A stretch of DNA of 64,000 nucleotides, taken from the NCBI GenBank assembly GCA_041615815.1, contig JBFJCP010000002.1, forward strand, positions 96,001 through 160,000, given 5' to 3'. Positions 9,196 to 19,493 of this stretch are shown here, piece after piece. Position 1 is the stretch's first letter; each line of letters starts with the position of its first letter. The position numbers and the translations under genes were made by a program. Source of the stretch: Gemmatimonadales bacterium (GTDB lineage: Bacteria; Gemmatimonadota; Gemmatimonadetes; Gemmatimonadales; GWC2-71-9). Below the pieces are notes generated by a model that did not search any database, had not been told where the DNA came from, and was given only the letters and a program-made list of their open reading frames with translations.

Positions 9196-10544
9196 GGCAC
9201 GGACTCCAATTGCTGTTCGAGCCACCCGAGGTCGAGTTGCCCAATCGTTCGCGCCAACCCGACTCGTGCGGCAATCTCACGATGGACCGCTTCTGCCAAG
9301 TCGGCGCGCGCCGACAGTAGCTCCGCGTGCGCGGTGAGAAAATCGGTTTCGGTACCAGCCCCGGTATCGAGGCGTAGGCGCTCGATCCGTGCGACCTCCG
9401 CAAATCGCGTCACGGCGATTTGCAGACTGGTGATACGCGCCTGGGCTTCTTCCACCGCTGCCCGGGCGCGATCCACATTGCTCGCGACCTGGTTCTCGAT
9501 CATGCGGAGCCGCGCGTCCGATTCGCGCCGCGTGGCGTCCGCTCGGGCGATGCCTCGGCTCACGGCTCCGCCGGTGAAGATGGGATAGGAGAACTGCACG
9601 CCAACGTTCCACTCGGCAGTGAAGTTGCCCGCACCGGATCCGCGATCGATCCAGGCGCCAAACAGATCGAGGGTGGGCCAGCGAGCACTTCGCGCCACAC
9701 GCTGATTGGCCTCGTTCGCGCTCACCTCCCGCCGCGCCTGGGCAACCGCCGGATTCGTCACCAGGGCAAGCCGGCTCAGCTCGTCGCGATCCGGAAGCGT
9801 GGTATCGACCCACCCGACCTCCGCGAGTAGGTCGGCACGGGCTCTCTCGACGTCGACACCGATGAGCCTGGCCAGATCGCGTTCGGCCACATCGAGCGAT
9901 GCCGCGAACCCCACACGCTGCGCGGTGGCGCTAGCCCGCGCCGCCTCGACTCGCAAGACGTCCACATGCGCCGCGGTCCCGACTTCCCGACGCTGACGGA
10001 CTCGGCCGAGTTCGGACTCCAGCGCCGCCATTCGCAGATCGTGGGCGTCGAGAATGGTTCGGGTACTCAGCACGGTGAGATACGCGGTGACGACCTGTGC
10101 GATGAAATCCTGGCGCGACGCGTCGTGGGCCGCCTCGGCCGCGGCCGCGAGTGCCCGCGCGCCGCCCACCCGCGCGGGGCGGGCTCCGCCGTCGAGCAAC
10201 GTGTAGCTGAGGCTTGCTCCGGCTTGAATCAATGTTTCGTCGAACGGTGGCGTCTGGCCCGGGAGAAAGCCGTGGATGGGACTCACGACCATCGGTTGTT
10301 CGAACTGTGTCGCCGAGGCGGTGACCAACACGCGAGGAAACCAGAAAGCGGTGGCTTCCCCAACCGCGGCCCCCGCGGCGTCGCTTCGGGCGGCCGCTGC
10401 ACCAAGACCGGGATCGTGGTCCAACCCTCGCCGGACGGCATCGGTGATCGACAGCCGCGCCGGCACCTCTTGCCCGCTCAACGGCCATGTCCCCACCGCA
10501 AGCCAGAGCACACCAGCCGTCGCCCAGCGCGGCCCGGCGATCAC
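9192..10544 (-). CDS. TolC-family outer membrane efflux protein
   Basis: Signal peptide, two OEP-like repeats, YPIFTGG. Coupled to tetR by a GTGA overlap. Confidence 0.88.
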   Translation of the reverse strand: MIAGPRWATAGVLWLAVGTWPLSGQEVPARLSITDAVRRGLDHDPGLGAAAARSDAAGAAVGEATAFWFPRVLVTASATQFEQPMVVSPIHGFLPGQTPPFDETLIQAGASLSYTLLDGGARPARVGGARALAAAAEAAHDASRQDFIAQVVTAYLTVLSTRTILDAHDLRMAALESELGRVRQRREVGTAAHVDVLRVEAARASATAQRVGFAASLDVAERDLARLIGVDVERARADLLAEVGWVDTTLPDRDELSRLALVTNPAVAQARREVSANEANQRVARSARWPTLDLFGAWIDRGSGAGNFTAEWNVGVQFSYPIFTGGAVSRGIARADATRRESDARLRMIENQVASNVDRARAAVEEAQARITSLQIAVTRFAEVARIERLRLDTGAGTETDFLTAHAELLSARADLAEAVHREIAARVGLARTIGQLDLGWLEQQLESVP

Positions 10545-11182
10545 GCGGCCTCCCCGTCAGGGGCCGCCGCCAGACCTCGACGGACAAACCCAACGACACT
10601 TTCGACCAGTTGCGCGCGAGCGTTGGGATCGTCCTGATCGAAGCTCGTCCCCTCCCGGAGGGCCCGGCGCATCAAACTGAGAAAGATGGGCTGAGCACCG
10701 ACACTCAGTGCCAGCAGGAACGGTTCGCCATTGCGAATGTCGCCGGTCCGCTGTCCCTCTGCGATCAAGAGACGCAGAAGGCCGATGTTCCCGCGCATGG
10801 TGCGGCGCGCGGCTTCCGGCATGGAGCGCGATCCCGCGAGGTGATGCGCGAGCAGACACGGGAGCTCGGGATGCTCGTGCAAATAGGCGAACAAGGCGCG
10901 CACCACGCGCTCGATCCGTTGAAGTGGCGTTCCCGGTTCCGCGCTCGCCTCGGTCAGGTGTTGCACGCTGGGTTCAGCAACAACCGCGAAGACAGCCTCG
11001 TAGAGGGCCTCTTTGGACCCGAAGTGGTAGGTGATCGCGCCGAGATTGGCGCCCGCTGCCGTCGTGATGGTTCGGACCGATGTGCCCTCAAAACCGTGTG
11101 CCGCAAAGAGCTGCGTGGCCGCCTGGACAAGATCGGACGCCGTGCCCGTCAGAGAGTCATACATACGTTTGACTTTCTTCAT
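10541..11182 (-). CDS. TetR/AcrR-family regulator (CecR/YbiH-like position)
   Basis: HTH: AATQLFAAHGFEGTSVRTITTAAGANLGAITYHFGSKEALY. Start is ATG 11182 or 11164. Confidence 0.9.
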   Translation of the reverse strand: MKKVKRMYDSLTGTASDLVQAATQLFAAHGFEGTSVRTITTAAGANLGAITYHFGSKEALYEAVFAVVAEPSVQHLTEASAEPGTPLQRIERVVRALFAYLHEHPELPCLLAHHLAGSRSMPEAARRTMRGNIGLLRLLIAEGQRTGDIRNGEPFLLALSVGAQPIFLSLMRRALREGTSFDQDDPNARAQLVESVVGFVRRGLAAAPDGEAA

Positions 11183-11194
11183 ACGTACGTATTT
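11157..11194. promoter_or_regulatory. Two tandem imperfect 16-bp palindromes, probable TetR operators
   Basis: TCATACATACGTTTGA (11157-11172) and TCATACGTACGTATTT (11179-11194), 22 bp apart, overlapping the tetR start. ATACGTACGTAT is a perfect 12-bp palindrome. Confidence 0.65.
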
Positions 11195-11352
11195 ATGCTT
11201 TTCCGTGGATTCCCGCAAGAGGCTGACCTCACGCGACCTGAGCGAACATCGGGCTACCCGGCTTACTGGGTCCTGGATCCTCATCCGCCCTTCAATCCCC
11301 GTTCAGCCCAGACCAGCTATCTACCTGACGAATGCCGGAAAGGAGGCGTTGC

Positions 11353-12423
11353 ATGCCGTCATCGCTACCGCGTGCCGGGACGGCCTGGGCTCGGATCAGC
11401 GGTCGCCACCGCCGGGGCGTCGCCGGCGCATGTTTGCTGGCCCTTGCTGCCGCCTGCGGGGACGATCAGGCACCCATCGATGAGCCCACGAGTCCCTTGG
11501 TGACGTTTCCGACCAGCCTACACGCCACTGGCCGGGGAAAGGTCACGCACTATAGCAGTGCCAATGGCGGTTTCGAGGACTTCACGGGTATCGCGTATTA
11601 CGACCTCGCGTGTCAGAGCTGCCACCAACCCGACTGCCTGAACTGCCACACCGACTCCCGTGGCGAGGACTCGTTCGTCGCCGAGACGACGTGCCGCACC
11701 TGCCACGGACGGCAAAACATGGAGGTGAGTCAAGGCTTTTCGGATGTGCACCGCGAGGCCAACATGACCTGTATGGACTGCCATACGCAGCGGGAAATGC
11801 ATGGGGACGGCGTGGAATACGCGTCGATGCTTGCGGATGGGGCGATGGACGCCGCCTGCGAGGGCTGTCATGCGACCTTAAGCAGCAGCACCGCGCACGA
11901 CATTCACGTCGAGTCCGTCGATTGCAGCGCCTGCCACGCACAGAGTGTCGTGACCTGCTACAACTGTCACTTCGAGAGCGAGGTCTTGAACGGTGAGAAA
12001 CGTCCGTACGGCGTATTCAAGAACTGGACGTTCTTGGTGAATCGCGACGGGAAAGTCCATCCTGCGAACTTCCAGAGCGTGAAGTACCAGGACAAGAGCT
12101 TTCTGGTCTTCGCACCGTATTACGCCCACACCATCTCCCGTGAGGCACTGGACTGCGTCTCCTGCCACGTCAGTACGGCGCTTCAGCAGTACGAGCAGGA
12201 GGGAAGGATCGATGTGGTGACATGGAACGAAGTCGAGAATCGGCTCGAGCACATCGAGGGAGTGATCCCGATCCCACCGGACTATACGACCGCCATGACC
12301 TTCGACTTCGTGGACTTCGTCGACGGAGAGTGGGTCTTCATGGAATCGGGTCCGGAGAGGTTCCAGATGTTGTTCGGCGAACCCTTAACGGCGGAGCAGA
12401 TTCGGAAGCTACTCTGGCAGTGA
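11353..12423 (+). CDS. Octaheme c-type cytochrome, probable lipoprotein (356 aa)
   Basis: Eight CxxCH motifs (CQSCH, CLNCH, CRTCH, CMDCH, CEGCH, CSACH, CYNCH, CVSCH), lipobox LAAA-C, AGGAGG 6 nt before ATG 11353. Confidence 0.88.
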   Translation: MPSSLPRAGTAWARISGRHRRGVAGACLLALAAACGDDQAPIDEPTSPLVTFPTSLHATGRGKVTHYSSANGGFEDFTGIAYYDLACQSCHQPDCLNCHTDSRGEDSFVAETTCRTCHGRQNMEVSQGFSDVHREANMTCMDCHTQREMHGDGVEYASMLADGAMDAACEGCHATLSSSTAHDIHVESVDCSACHAQSVVTCYNCHFESEVLNGEKRPYGVFKNWTFLVNRDGKVHPANFQSVKYQDKSFLVFAPYYAHTISREALDCVSCHVSTALQQYEQEGRIDVVTWNEVENRLEHIEGVIPIPPDYTTAMTFDFVDFVDGEWVFMESGPERFQMLFGEPLTAEQIRKLLWQ

Positions 12424-12473
12424 TCCGGTGGCGTATTAGCGCCGAACAACTCGCGCGGCCAATGCGGCTACGC

Positions 12474-13109
12474 TCAGGATGTCACTTCATCGAGCGTCGA
12501 ATCTGACAGGCGCGGTGGACGGGGTCCGTGGCGCGAGGCGCCCAACGTCCGCACATACCGGAGTTCTCGGCCGGCGGCTGCACATCGCAGGAGGAGCCCC
12601 CCGCGACTCATGTCGCCGCGGCCCGCGAACGCCTCTGGAAACCAGAGCCGGGAACCCAAGACCTCGAGCAACGGTTCCACGTATTTCTCGGTGGCGATGC
12701 TGCCGAGGAGTACGACTCGGTCTTCGGCGCACAGGTGGGCGCCGAGGCGGGTGGCGTCCTCCCGAAGTGCGGTCACGAACCGCACACTATTGGGGTCTAC
12801 CCGGACAGCCGCCATTTGCTCGAGATCATGACGGCTCACGAGCACGTCGAGTCCCACGAGTCCACGACCCGGTACGATGACGAGCGCGCCCGGGTAGCCC
12901 GGCGGTGGTACGCCGAACCGCTCGGCGTAGACTCGCTTGCCACGGAAATAGAGACCCGAGAGAAAGGAGAACAACTCACCGATGGGCACGCCCCGAGCGG
13001 CCAGATCCTGGACCATGGAGGAGCCGTCTCGTCTCTCGAGCATTGCTCTCGCCCGCTTCCCCGCAGTATTGGCCGGCGAGAGCAGAAACACGGTGTGACC
13101 GGCCATCAT
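12474..13109 (-). CDS. Hypothetical protein, conserved-looking
   Basis: Globular-looking 211-aa ORF filling the gap between genes. Motifs FLLSPAN, FLSGLYFRGK, VLLGSIAT.KY, GRGDMSRGGLLLR. Confidence 0.75.
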   Translation of the reverse strand: MMAGHTVFLLSPANTAGKRARAMLERRDGSSMVQDLAARGVPIGELFSFLSGLYFRGKRVYAERFGVPPPGYPGALVIVPGRGLVGLDVLVSRHDLEQMAAVRVDPNSVRFVTALREDATRLGAHLCAEDRVVLLGSIATEKYVEPLLEVLGSRLWFPEAFAGRGDMSRGGLLLRCAAAGRELRYVRTLGASRHGPRPPRLSDSTLDEVTS

Positions 13110-13139
13110 AGGTGGCCGACGAGGTTCGGGCGGCCCCGA

Positions 13140-13652
13140 TCAGCCACCCAATCCGAGACCTCGCAGAATCGCCATCGGAATGATCAACGCGAGCCATCCC
13201 AGTACGGCGGTGATCACCGCCTTGCCCGTGCTGAAATCGAGCGCTTGGCGGATGGCGACGATTCCCGCGATGAGGATCCAGACAGCGACCGCGAAGGCAA
13301 TGAGCCCGCCTAGCACGGGCACGAATGCGAGAAGCAAGAGCATCCCCGGGGCTTGGGCAAACCCGATAGTCCGCAGCAGCTCGCCCCAGGTGGCCGTGCC
13401 CCCGAGGAGTTTGTCCCCAATCAGGTACGTGATTCCGGACCACAAGAGCCACCCGACCACCGCAGCGACCGCGGCGCCGATGATGCCGGGCCCACCAGAC
13501 CCGAATGCGCCAATCGCTCGCGCCACCGCAACCATCGTCACCACCGCCGCCGCCTGCGCGGTGGCCGTGGTATCCGCTTCCACCTCTTCATAGGTCGCGA
13601 TGCGCAGCATCGCCGCACCTTTCATCCTGTCAATGAGCGCTCCGCCTGCCAT
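13140..13652 (-). CDS. Yip1-family membrane protein
   Basis: YEEVEAD..AT.QA, ELLRTIGFAQAPG, AIRQALDFSTGKA, several TM helices. AGGAGG upstream of ATG 13652. Confidence 0.8.
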   Translation of the reverse strand: MAGGALIDRMKGAAMLRIATYEEVEADTTATAQAAAVVTMVAVARAIGAFGSGGPGIIGAAVAAVVGWLLWSGITYLIGDKLLGGTATWGELLRTIGFAQAPGMLLLLAFVPVLGGLIAFAVAVWILIAGIVAIRQALDFSTGKAVITAVLGWLALIIPMAILRGLGLGG

Positions 13653-13750
13653 TCCGATTCCTCCTGCTGGGATTCTGGTCACTGGATGGTGCCAACCGTA
13701 CCCTCCCCCCCACCCGCTGTCCAGCGCCTTGACGTTTTGCCCTACCACCC

Positions 13751-14596
13751 ATGACAGTTCAAATCATGAACCATTCGCCATTTGAGCAGGACCGATCGCC
13801 TCCCTCAGCGCTGGATCGCGTCGACGAAATCCGCCGGGCCCTCGCAGCGAAACGAGTGGTGGCGTTTCTCGACTACGACGGCACGCTGACGCCCATAGTC
13901 GAACGTCCTGAGCTGGCCACCCTCGACGATGAGATGCGGAAGACCCTGGTGCGACTCGCGGCCCGGTGCCCGGTCGCCATCGTGAGCGGGCGGGACCGAC
14001 GGGACGTCGCGGCGCTCGTCGGACTGGAATCGCTGGTCTATGCCGGGAGTCACGGCTTCGACATCGCGGGACCAAACGGCCTCGAGATGGAGCACCCAGA
14101 GGCCGCCCAACATACCGCCTCGCTGGACCGAGCCGCCAAAGAGCTGCGCCGCGTGCTCGACGGGCTGGACGGCGTGCTGATCGAGCCCAAGCGGTACGCG
14201 CTGGCCATTCACTACCGCCTCGTGGCCGAGCCCCATGTCACGCGCGTTCAGGAAGCCGTCACACAGGTTGCCGCGCGGTATCCCGATCTCCGACTGACCC
14301 CCGGCAAGCGCATATTGGAGCTACGCCCCGCGCTCGATTGGGACAAGGGCGCGGCCGTTATTTGGTTACTAGCGGCGCTCGGTATGAACGGGTCCGACGT
14401 GCTCCCCATCTACCTCGGCGACGATGTGACGGACGAGGATGCGTTTTGCGCGCTCCACGATCGAGGCATCGGCATTCTGGTTGGGGAACACCGTCCGCTG
14501 CTTTCGCATGCGCGATACACGCTCCGTGACCCATCGGAAGTCCAACAATTTCTCGAATCCCTCGTGGGCTCACTGTCCGCGGACGGTGCCCCCTGA
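13751..14596 (+). CDS. otsB: Trehalose-6-phosphate phosphatase (HAD IIB)
   Basis: FLDYDGTLTP, VSGR, YAGSHG, WDKG, GDDVTDEDAF. Start may be 13766. Confidence 0.9.
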   Translation: MTVQIMNHSPFEQDRSPPSALDRVDEIRRALAAKRVVAFLDYDGTLTPIVERPELATLDDEMRKTLVRLAARCPVAIVSGRDRRDVAALVGLESLVYAGSHGFDIAGPNGLEMEHPEAAQHTASLDRAAKELRRVLDGLDGVLIEPKRYALAIHYRLVAEPHVTRVQEAVTQVAARYPDLRLTPGKRILELRPALDWDKGAAVIWLLAALGMNGSDVLPIYLGDDVTDEDAFCALHDRGIGILVGEHRPLLSHARYTLRDPSEVQQFLESLVGSLSADGAP

Positions 14597-14711
14597 AGAC
14601 GCGAGCCTTCGGACAGCCTTCGAGCGCAGAATGGACGTCGCGTGTGTGCCGGGATAGATTCAGTCGCCGGTTGGCTCATTCACTCGATTTTGACGTTCAG
14701 GAGACCGTAGG

Positions 14712-14954
14712 ATGGCGATTACGATAGAGCGGTTTGTCGAGAAGCTCGAGGCTTTGAAGCAGGAGATGGACGGGGGGAGGCTCAAGCACGGTGAGTACGA
14801 TATGCGGCTTGCGCGGATCATCACCGAGCTGCGGGACCAGAAGCTCGACGCGGATCGAGAGCGGCTGTCGAGCACCATTGGAGAGTTGCTCGAGCGCCAA
14901 GTGATCACCCCGGCCGTCAAGACCCACCTCGAAAAACGGCTGGGTATCAGCTAG
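14712..14954 (+). CDS. Small helical hypothetical protein (80 aa), SHOCT-like repeats
   Basis: AGGAGA RBS, typical codon usage, followed by a strong hairpin. Confidence 0.75.
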   Translation: MAITIERFVEKLEALKQEMDGGRLKHGEYDMRLARIITELRDQKLDADRERLSSTIGELLERQVITPAVKTHLEKRLGIS

Positions 14955-14975
14955 AACCTCTCGTCCTATGGAGAC

Positions 14976-15010
14976 GGCGCCCGGAGGGATCCGCACCCCC
15001 TCCGGGCGCC
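14976..15010 (+). terminator. GC-rich hairpin after the 80-aa gene, probable terminator or RNA stabiliser
   Basis: Perfect 13-bp stem GGCGCCCGGAGGG / CCCTCCGGGCGCC with a 9-nt loop. No U-tract. Confidence 0.55.
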
Positions 15011-15202
15011 TCGCGCATCAGCGCCGATCCGTCAGTCCACCACCCAGTCCAATTGCCCACCAGAGAGACCCCCGCCCAGTTGACACCTGCCGCTGCCGTA
15101 GCCGCCGGCCCCCTCCCCGAGGGAGCCGGTCTTCGTTGTTACATTGCCTGCCAGCGAAACCCGGTTCCGACTGCAACCGTACGGCGTGCACGAGAACCCC
15201 GG

Positions 15203-15736
15203 ATGAAAAGAAATCTCAAACACGCACTGATCGTGGCCCTGATGCTCCTCGGCATCACGGGGCTCGTTTCGCTCACTCTGGGTCCCGATCTCATCGCGGG
15301 ACGGCAGCCTACCCTCGGCTCGTTCACGCTCATTCACTTCGGCGGGTATCTATTCTTTCTGGTGATGCCCGTGGAAGCCATGGTCCCTTGGTATCTGGCC
15401 GAGGGACACGCGCCCACCACGATCGTCGTGGTCGCCGTCGTCACCGCGATGCTCGCACAGCTCATCGACTACGGAATCGGATACCTGTTCAGCGAGCGAG
15501 TGATCAACCGTGTCATCGGGACCAGACGCTACGCGCGAGCGGAGCATGCCATCAACGACTACGGTCGCTGGGCGGTGCTCCTCTTCACACTCCTGCCACT
15601 CTCCTCCCCGACGTTGCTCCTGGCCGCCGGGATCGTCCGCTTTCGTCTGAGGTGGGCGGTGGGGTACAGTCTGTTGGGCCTCACGGCGAAGTATGTTGGC
15701 ATCGTTTTGCTCTTCCACGTGTGGGCATCGGCCTGA
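15203..15736 (+). CDS. DedA/VTT (SNARE-associated) domain membrane protein
   Basis: Multiple TM segments, MPVE, AQLIDYGIG, YGRWAVLLFTLLPL, AAGIVRF. Confidence 0.75.
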   Translation: MKRNLKHALIVALMLLGITGLVSLTLGPDLIAGRQPTLGSFTLIHFGGYLFFLVMPVEAMVPWYLAEGHAPTTIVVVAVVTAMLAQLIDYGIGYLFSERVINRVIGTRRYARAEHAINDYGRWAVLLFTLLPLSSPTLLLAAGIVRFRLRWAVGYSLLGLTAKYVGIVLLFHVWASA

Positions 15737-15741
15737 TCCGC

Positions 15742-16619
15742 TCAGAGCGTCTTGCCAGCGGCGACTTCCTCGGCGCGGCGCCGAAGTGCGGGGGCCTCGA
15801 GCGTGGCACTCATCGCGGGGAGGGCCGCCGTGGGACCCGTCCAGGCCAGCTCGTCCACACGCTGCGCCACCGGCGCTCTGGTATCCAACGTGGCGAGCCG
15901 ACGGAACAGCAATGCAAGGTCTCGCTGCTCGGCCAACGCCCCCGCCAACCGCTCGGCCCCACGAACCGTCACATCCCACTCGGCTCCCGAGCGGGGAATG
16001 TGCTCGAGGTGCTCGTACCGAGCGAGCACGACGGACGTCGATTTCGCGCCCCACCCCTTGATCCCGGGAAACCCATCCGAAGAATCCCCGACCAGCGCTA
16101 AGTAGTCCGGGATCGAGGCGGGGACCACGCCGAACTTTTCCCGTACCCCCTGCGCATCCCGAACCTCCCGCCTGCGCCGGTCGAACTGCACAACCCGCTC
16201 ACCCACGACGCACTGAGCCAGATCCTTGTCCGGCGTGCAGATGAACACGGTGTCCACCCGATCGTCCGCCGCCGCCATGGCCGCACCGGCCGCGAGCCCG
16301 TCATCCGCCTCGAACTCGACCATGGGCCAGACGAGGATGCCGGCGGCGGTCAAGGCCTCTTCCAAGAGCTCGAACTGTGATCTGAGCTCCTGCTCGATAC
16401 CCGAGCCGTCCTTGTACCCCGGCCACAGTTCGTTCCGAAAAGACTCGATGACATGATCGGTGGCCACCGCCACGTGCGTGGCGCCGCTCGTCAGGAGACC
16501 GAGGATGGATTCCACCACCCCACGAGCCGCGGCGACCTCTTGGCCGTGGTGATTGCGCTCTTTGGGGAGCGCGTAGTAGTGGCGGAACAGCTCGTACGTT
16601 CCGTCGATCAGATGGACGT

Positions 16620-16623
<4 letters not shown>
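15742..16623 (-). CDS. Stand-alone 5'-3' exonuclease / flap endonuclease
   Basis: HLIDGTYELFR, FRNELWPGYK, EADD, TPDKDLAQ, ALVGDSSDGFPGIKGWGAKS (H3TH). GTG at 16623 overlaps the decarboxylase stop. Confidence 0.9.
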
Positions 16624-18035
<1,412 letters not shown>

Positions 18036-18096
18036 GGAGTTGCTCCCGTGTATCGGCTGGTAGCCGGTGCTCGTGAAGGCGCGTTCATAACCAGCT

Positions 18097-18124
18097 CATA
18101 TTTAATTATCGCATTATATCTATG
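18097..18124. promoter_or_regulatory. AT-rich inverted repeat upstream of the sulfur module, candidate repressor site or promoter
   Basis: CATATTTAATTATCGCATTATATCTATG contains ATTTAAT-N6-ATTATAT (6/7 dyad) in a very GC-rich background. Confidence 0.55.
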
Positions 18125-18208
18125 TTCTACGTGCCGTGCTGGACCCGCAGCGCCCAGCGCGCTCGCGAACGCGGCCATGAGTCATCCGCCCACAAGGAGC
18201 GACCGTCG

Positions 18209-19474
18209 ATGAAACGCATTGTCATTCTCGGAGCTGGGACGGCCGGAACCATCATGGCGAACCGCCTTCGAAAGCTCTACCGACGGGAAATCCGCCGGGG
18301 ACGTCTCTCCATCACCGTGGTGGATCACGAGACCCGTCACGTGTACCAACCCGGCCTCTTGTTCGTGCCCTTTCAGATCTACGACCCGGCAGAAATCGTG
18401 AGACCCCTGCCCGATCTCTTGCCGCCGGAGATCGACGTCGTGCGCCGTCGCATCGATCGCGTCGAGGCCGAGACGAACCGCGTCCATCTCGAGGATGGGC
18501 GGGTGGTCCCGTACGACGTCTTGATCGTTGCCACCGGTACGCGCATCGCACCGGAGGAGACCGAGGGTCTGACTGGCGACGGCTGGGGCGAGCGCATGTT
18601 CGAGTTCTACACGCTCGACGGAGCCGCTGCACTCGCCCGCAAGCTGGACTCGTGGCCGGGCGGCCGCTTGGCCATCAACGTCGTGGATATGCCCATCAAG
18701 TGCCCCGTTGCGCCCTTGGAGTTTGCCTTCCTGGCAGATTGGTTTTTCACCGAGAGGGGAATACGCGACCGAGTCGATCTCGTCTATGTCACCCCGCTCG
18801 ACGGGGCGTTCACCAAGCCCTTGGCGGCCGAGACGCTTGGCCACCTCCTCCGGGACAAGGGGATCGAGCTCGTCACAGAGTTCAACACGGGCGCGGTGGA
18901 CGGGGCCCACGGTCGGCTGCGCTCGTGGGACGAGCGCACGGTGGACTTCGATCTCTTGGTGAGCATCCCGCTGCACAAAGGGGCGGATTTCGTGGGGCGA
19001 TCTCCCGGACTGGGGGACGATTTGGATTTCGTGCTGACCGATCCGGCCACGCTCCAGGCGAAGGTGAGGAAAAACGTCTTCGCCGTTGGCGACGCCACCA
19101 ACGTCCCGACCTCCAAGGCGGGATCCGTCGCACATTTCCAAGCGGAGGTCCTGACAGACAACATCGGTCGATTCTTGCGTGGGGAGAGGCTGGAGCCCGC
19201 GTTCGATGGGCACGCCAATTGTTTCGTCGAGACCGGATTCCGAAAAGCACTGCTCATCGACTTCAACTACGACGTGGAGCCGTTGCCGGGCAAGTTCCCG
19301 CTCCCAGCTGTCGGCCCCATGAGCCTGCTCAAAGAAAGCCGTCTCAACCATGCGGGGAAGTTGGCATTTCGTTGGATCTACTGGAACTTGTTGCTGCCCG
19401 GTCGCGATCTCCCCGGCATCTCCACGCAGCTGTCGATGCGGGGCAAGAAGCGCGACGCCGTACGGGCGGCCTGA
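18209..19474 (+). CDS. sqr: Sulfide:quinone oxidoreductase, type III-like (421 aa)
   Basis: GAGTAG FAD motif, HVYQPG, catalytic Cys pair KCPVAP and GHANCF, GDAT..PTSKAGS.A, aromatic C-terminal membrane helix. AAGGAG RBS. Confidence 0.88.
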   Translation: MKRIVILGAGTAGTIMANRLRKLYRREIRRGRLSITVVDHETRHVYQPGLLFVPFQIYDPAEIVRPLPDLLPPEIDVVRRRIDRVEAETNRVHLEDGRVVPYDVLIVATGTRIAPEETEGLTGDGWGERMFEFYTLDGAAALARKLDSWPGGRLAINVVDMPIKCPVAPLEFAFLADWFFTERGIRDRVDLVYVTPLDGAFTKPLAAETLGHLLRDKGIELVTEFNTGAVDGAHGRLRSWDERTVDFDLLVSIPLHKGADFVGRSPGLGDDLDFVLTDPATLQAKVRKNVFAVGDATNVPTSKAGSVAHFQAEVLTDNIGRFLRGERLEPAFDGHANCFVETGFRKALLIDFNYDVEPLPGKFPLPAVGPMSLLKESRLNHAGKLAFRWIYWNLLLPGRDLPGISTQLSMRGKKRDAVRAA

Positions 19475-19493
19475 CCCGAGAGGAGCAACCACC

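Noticed and set aside
19210..19230. Possible selenocysteine in SQR
   Set aside because: The second catalytic position is TGT (Cys) and the frame has no internal TGA.
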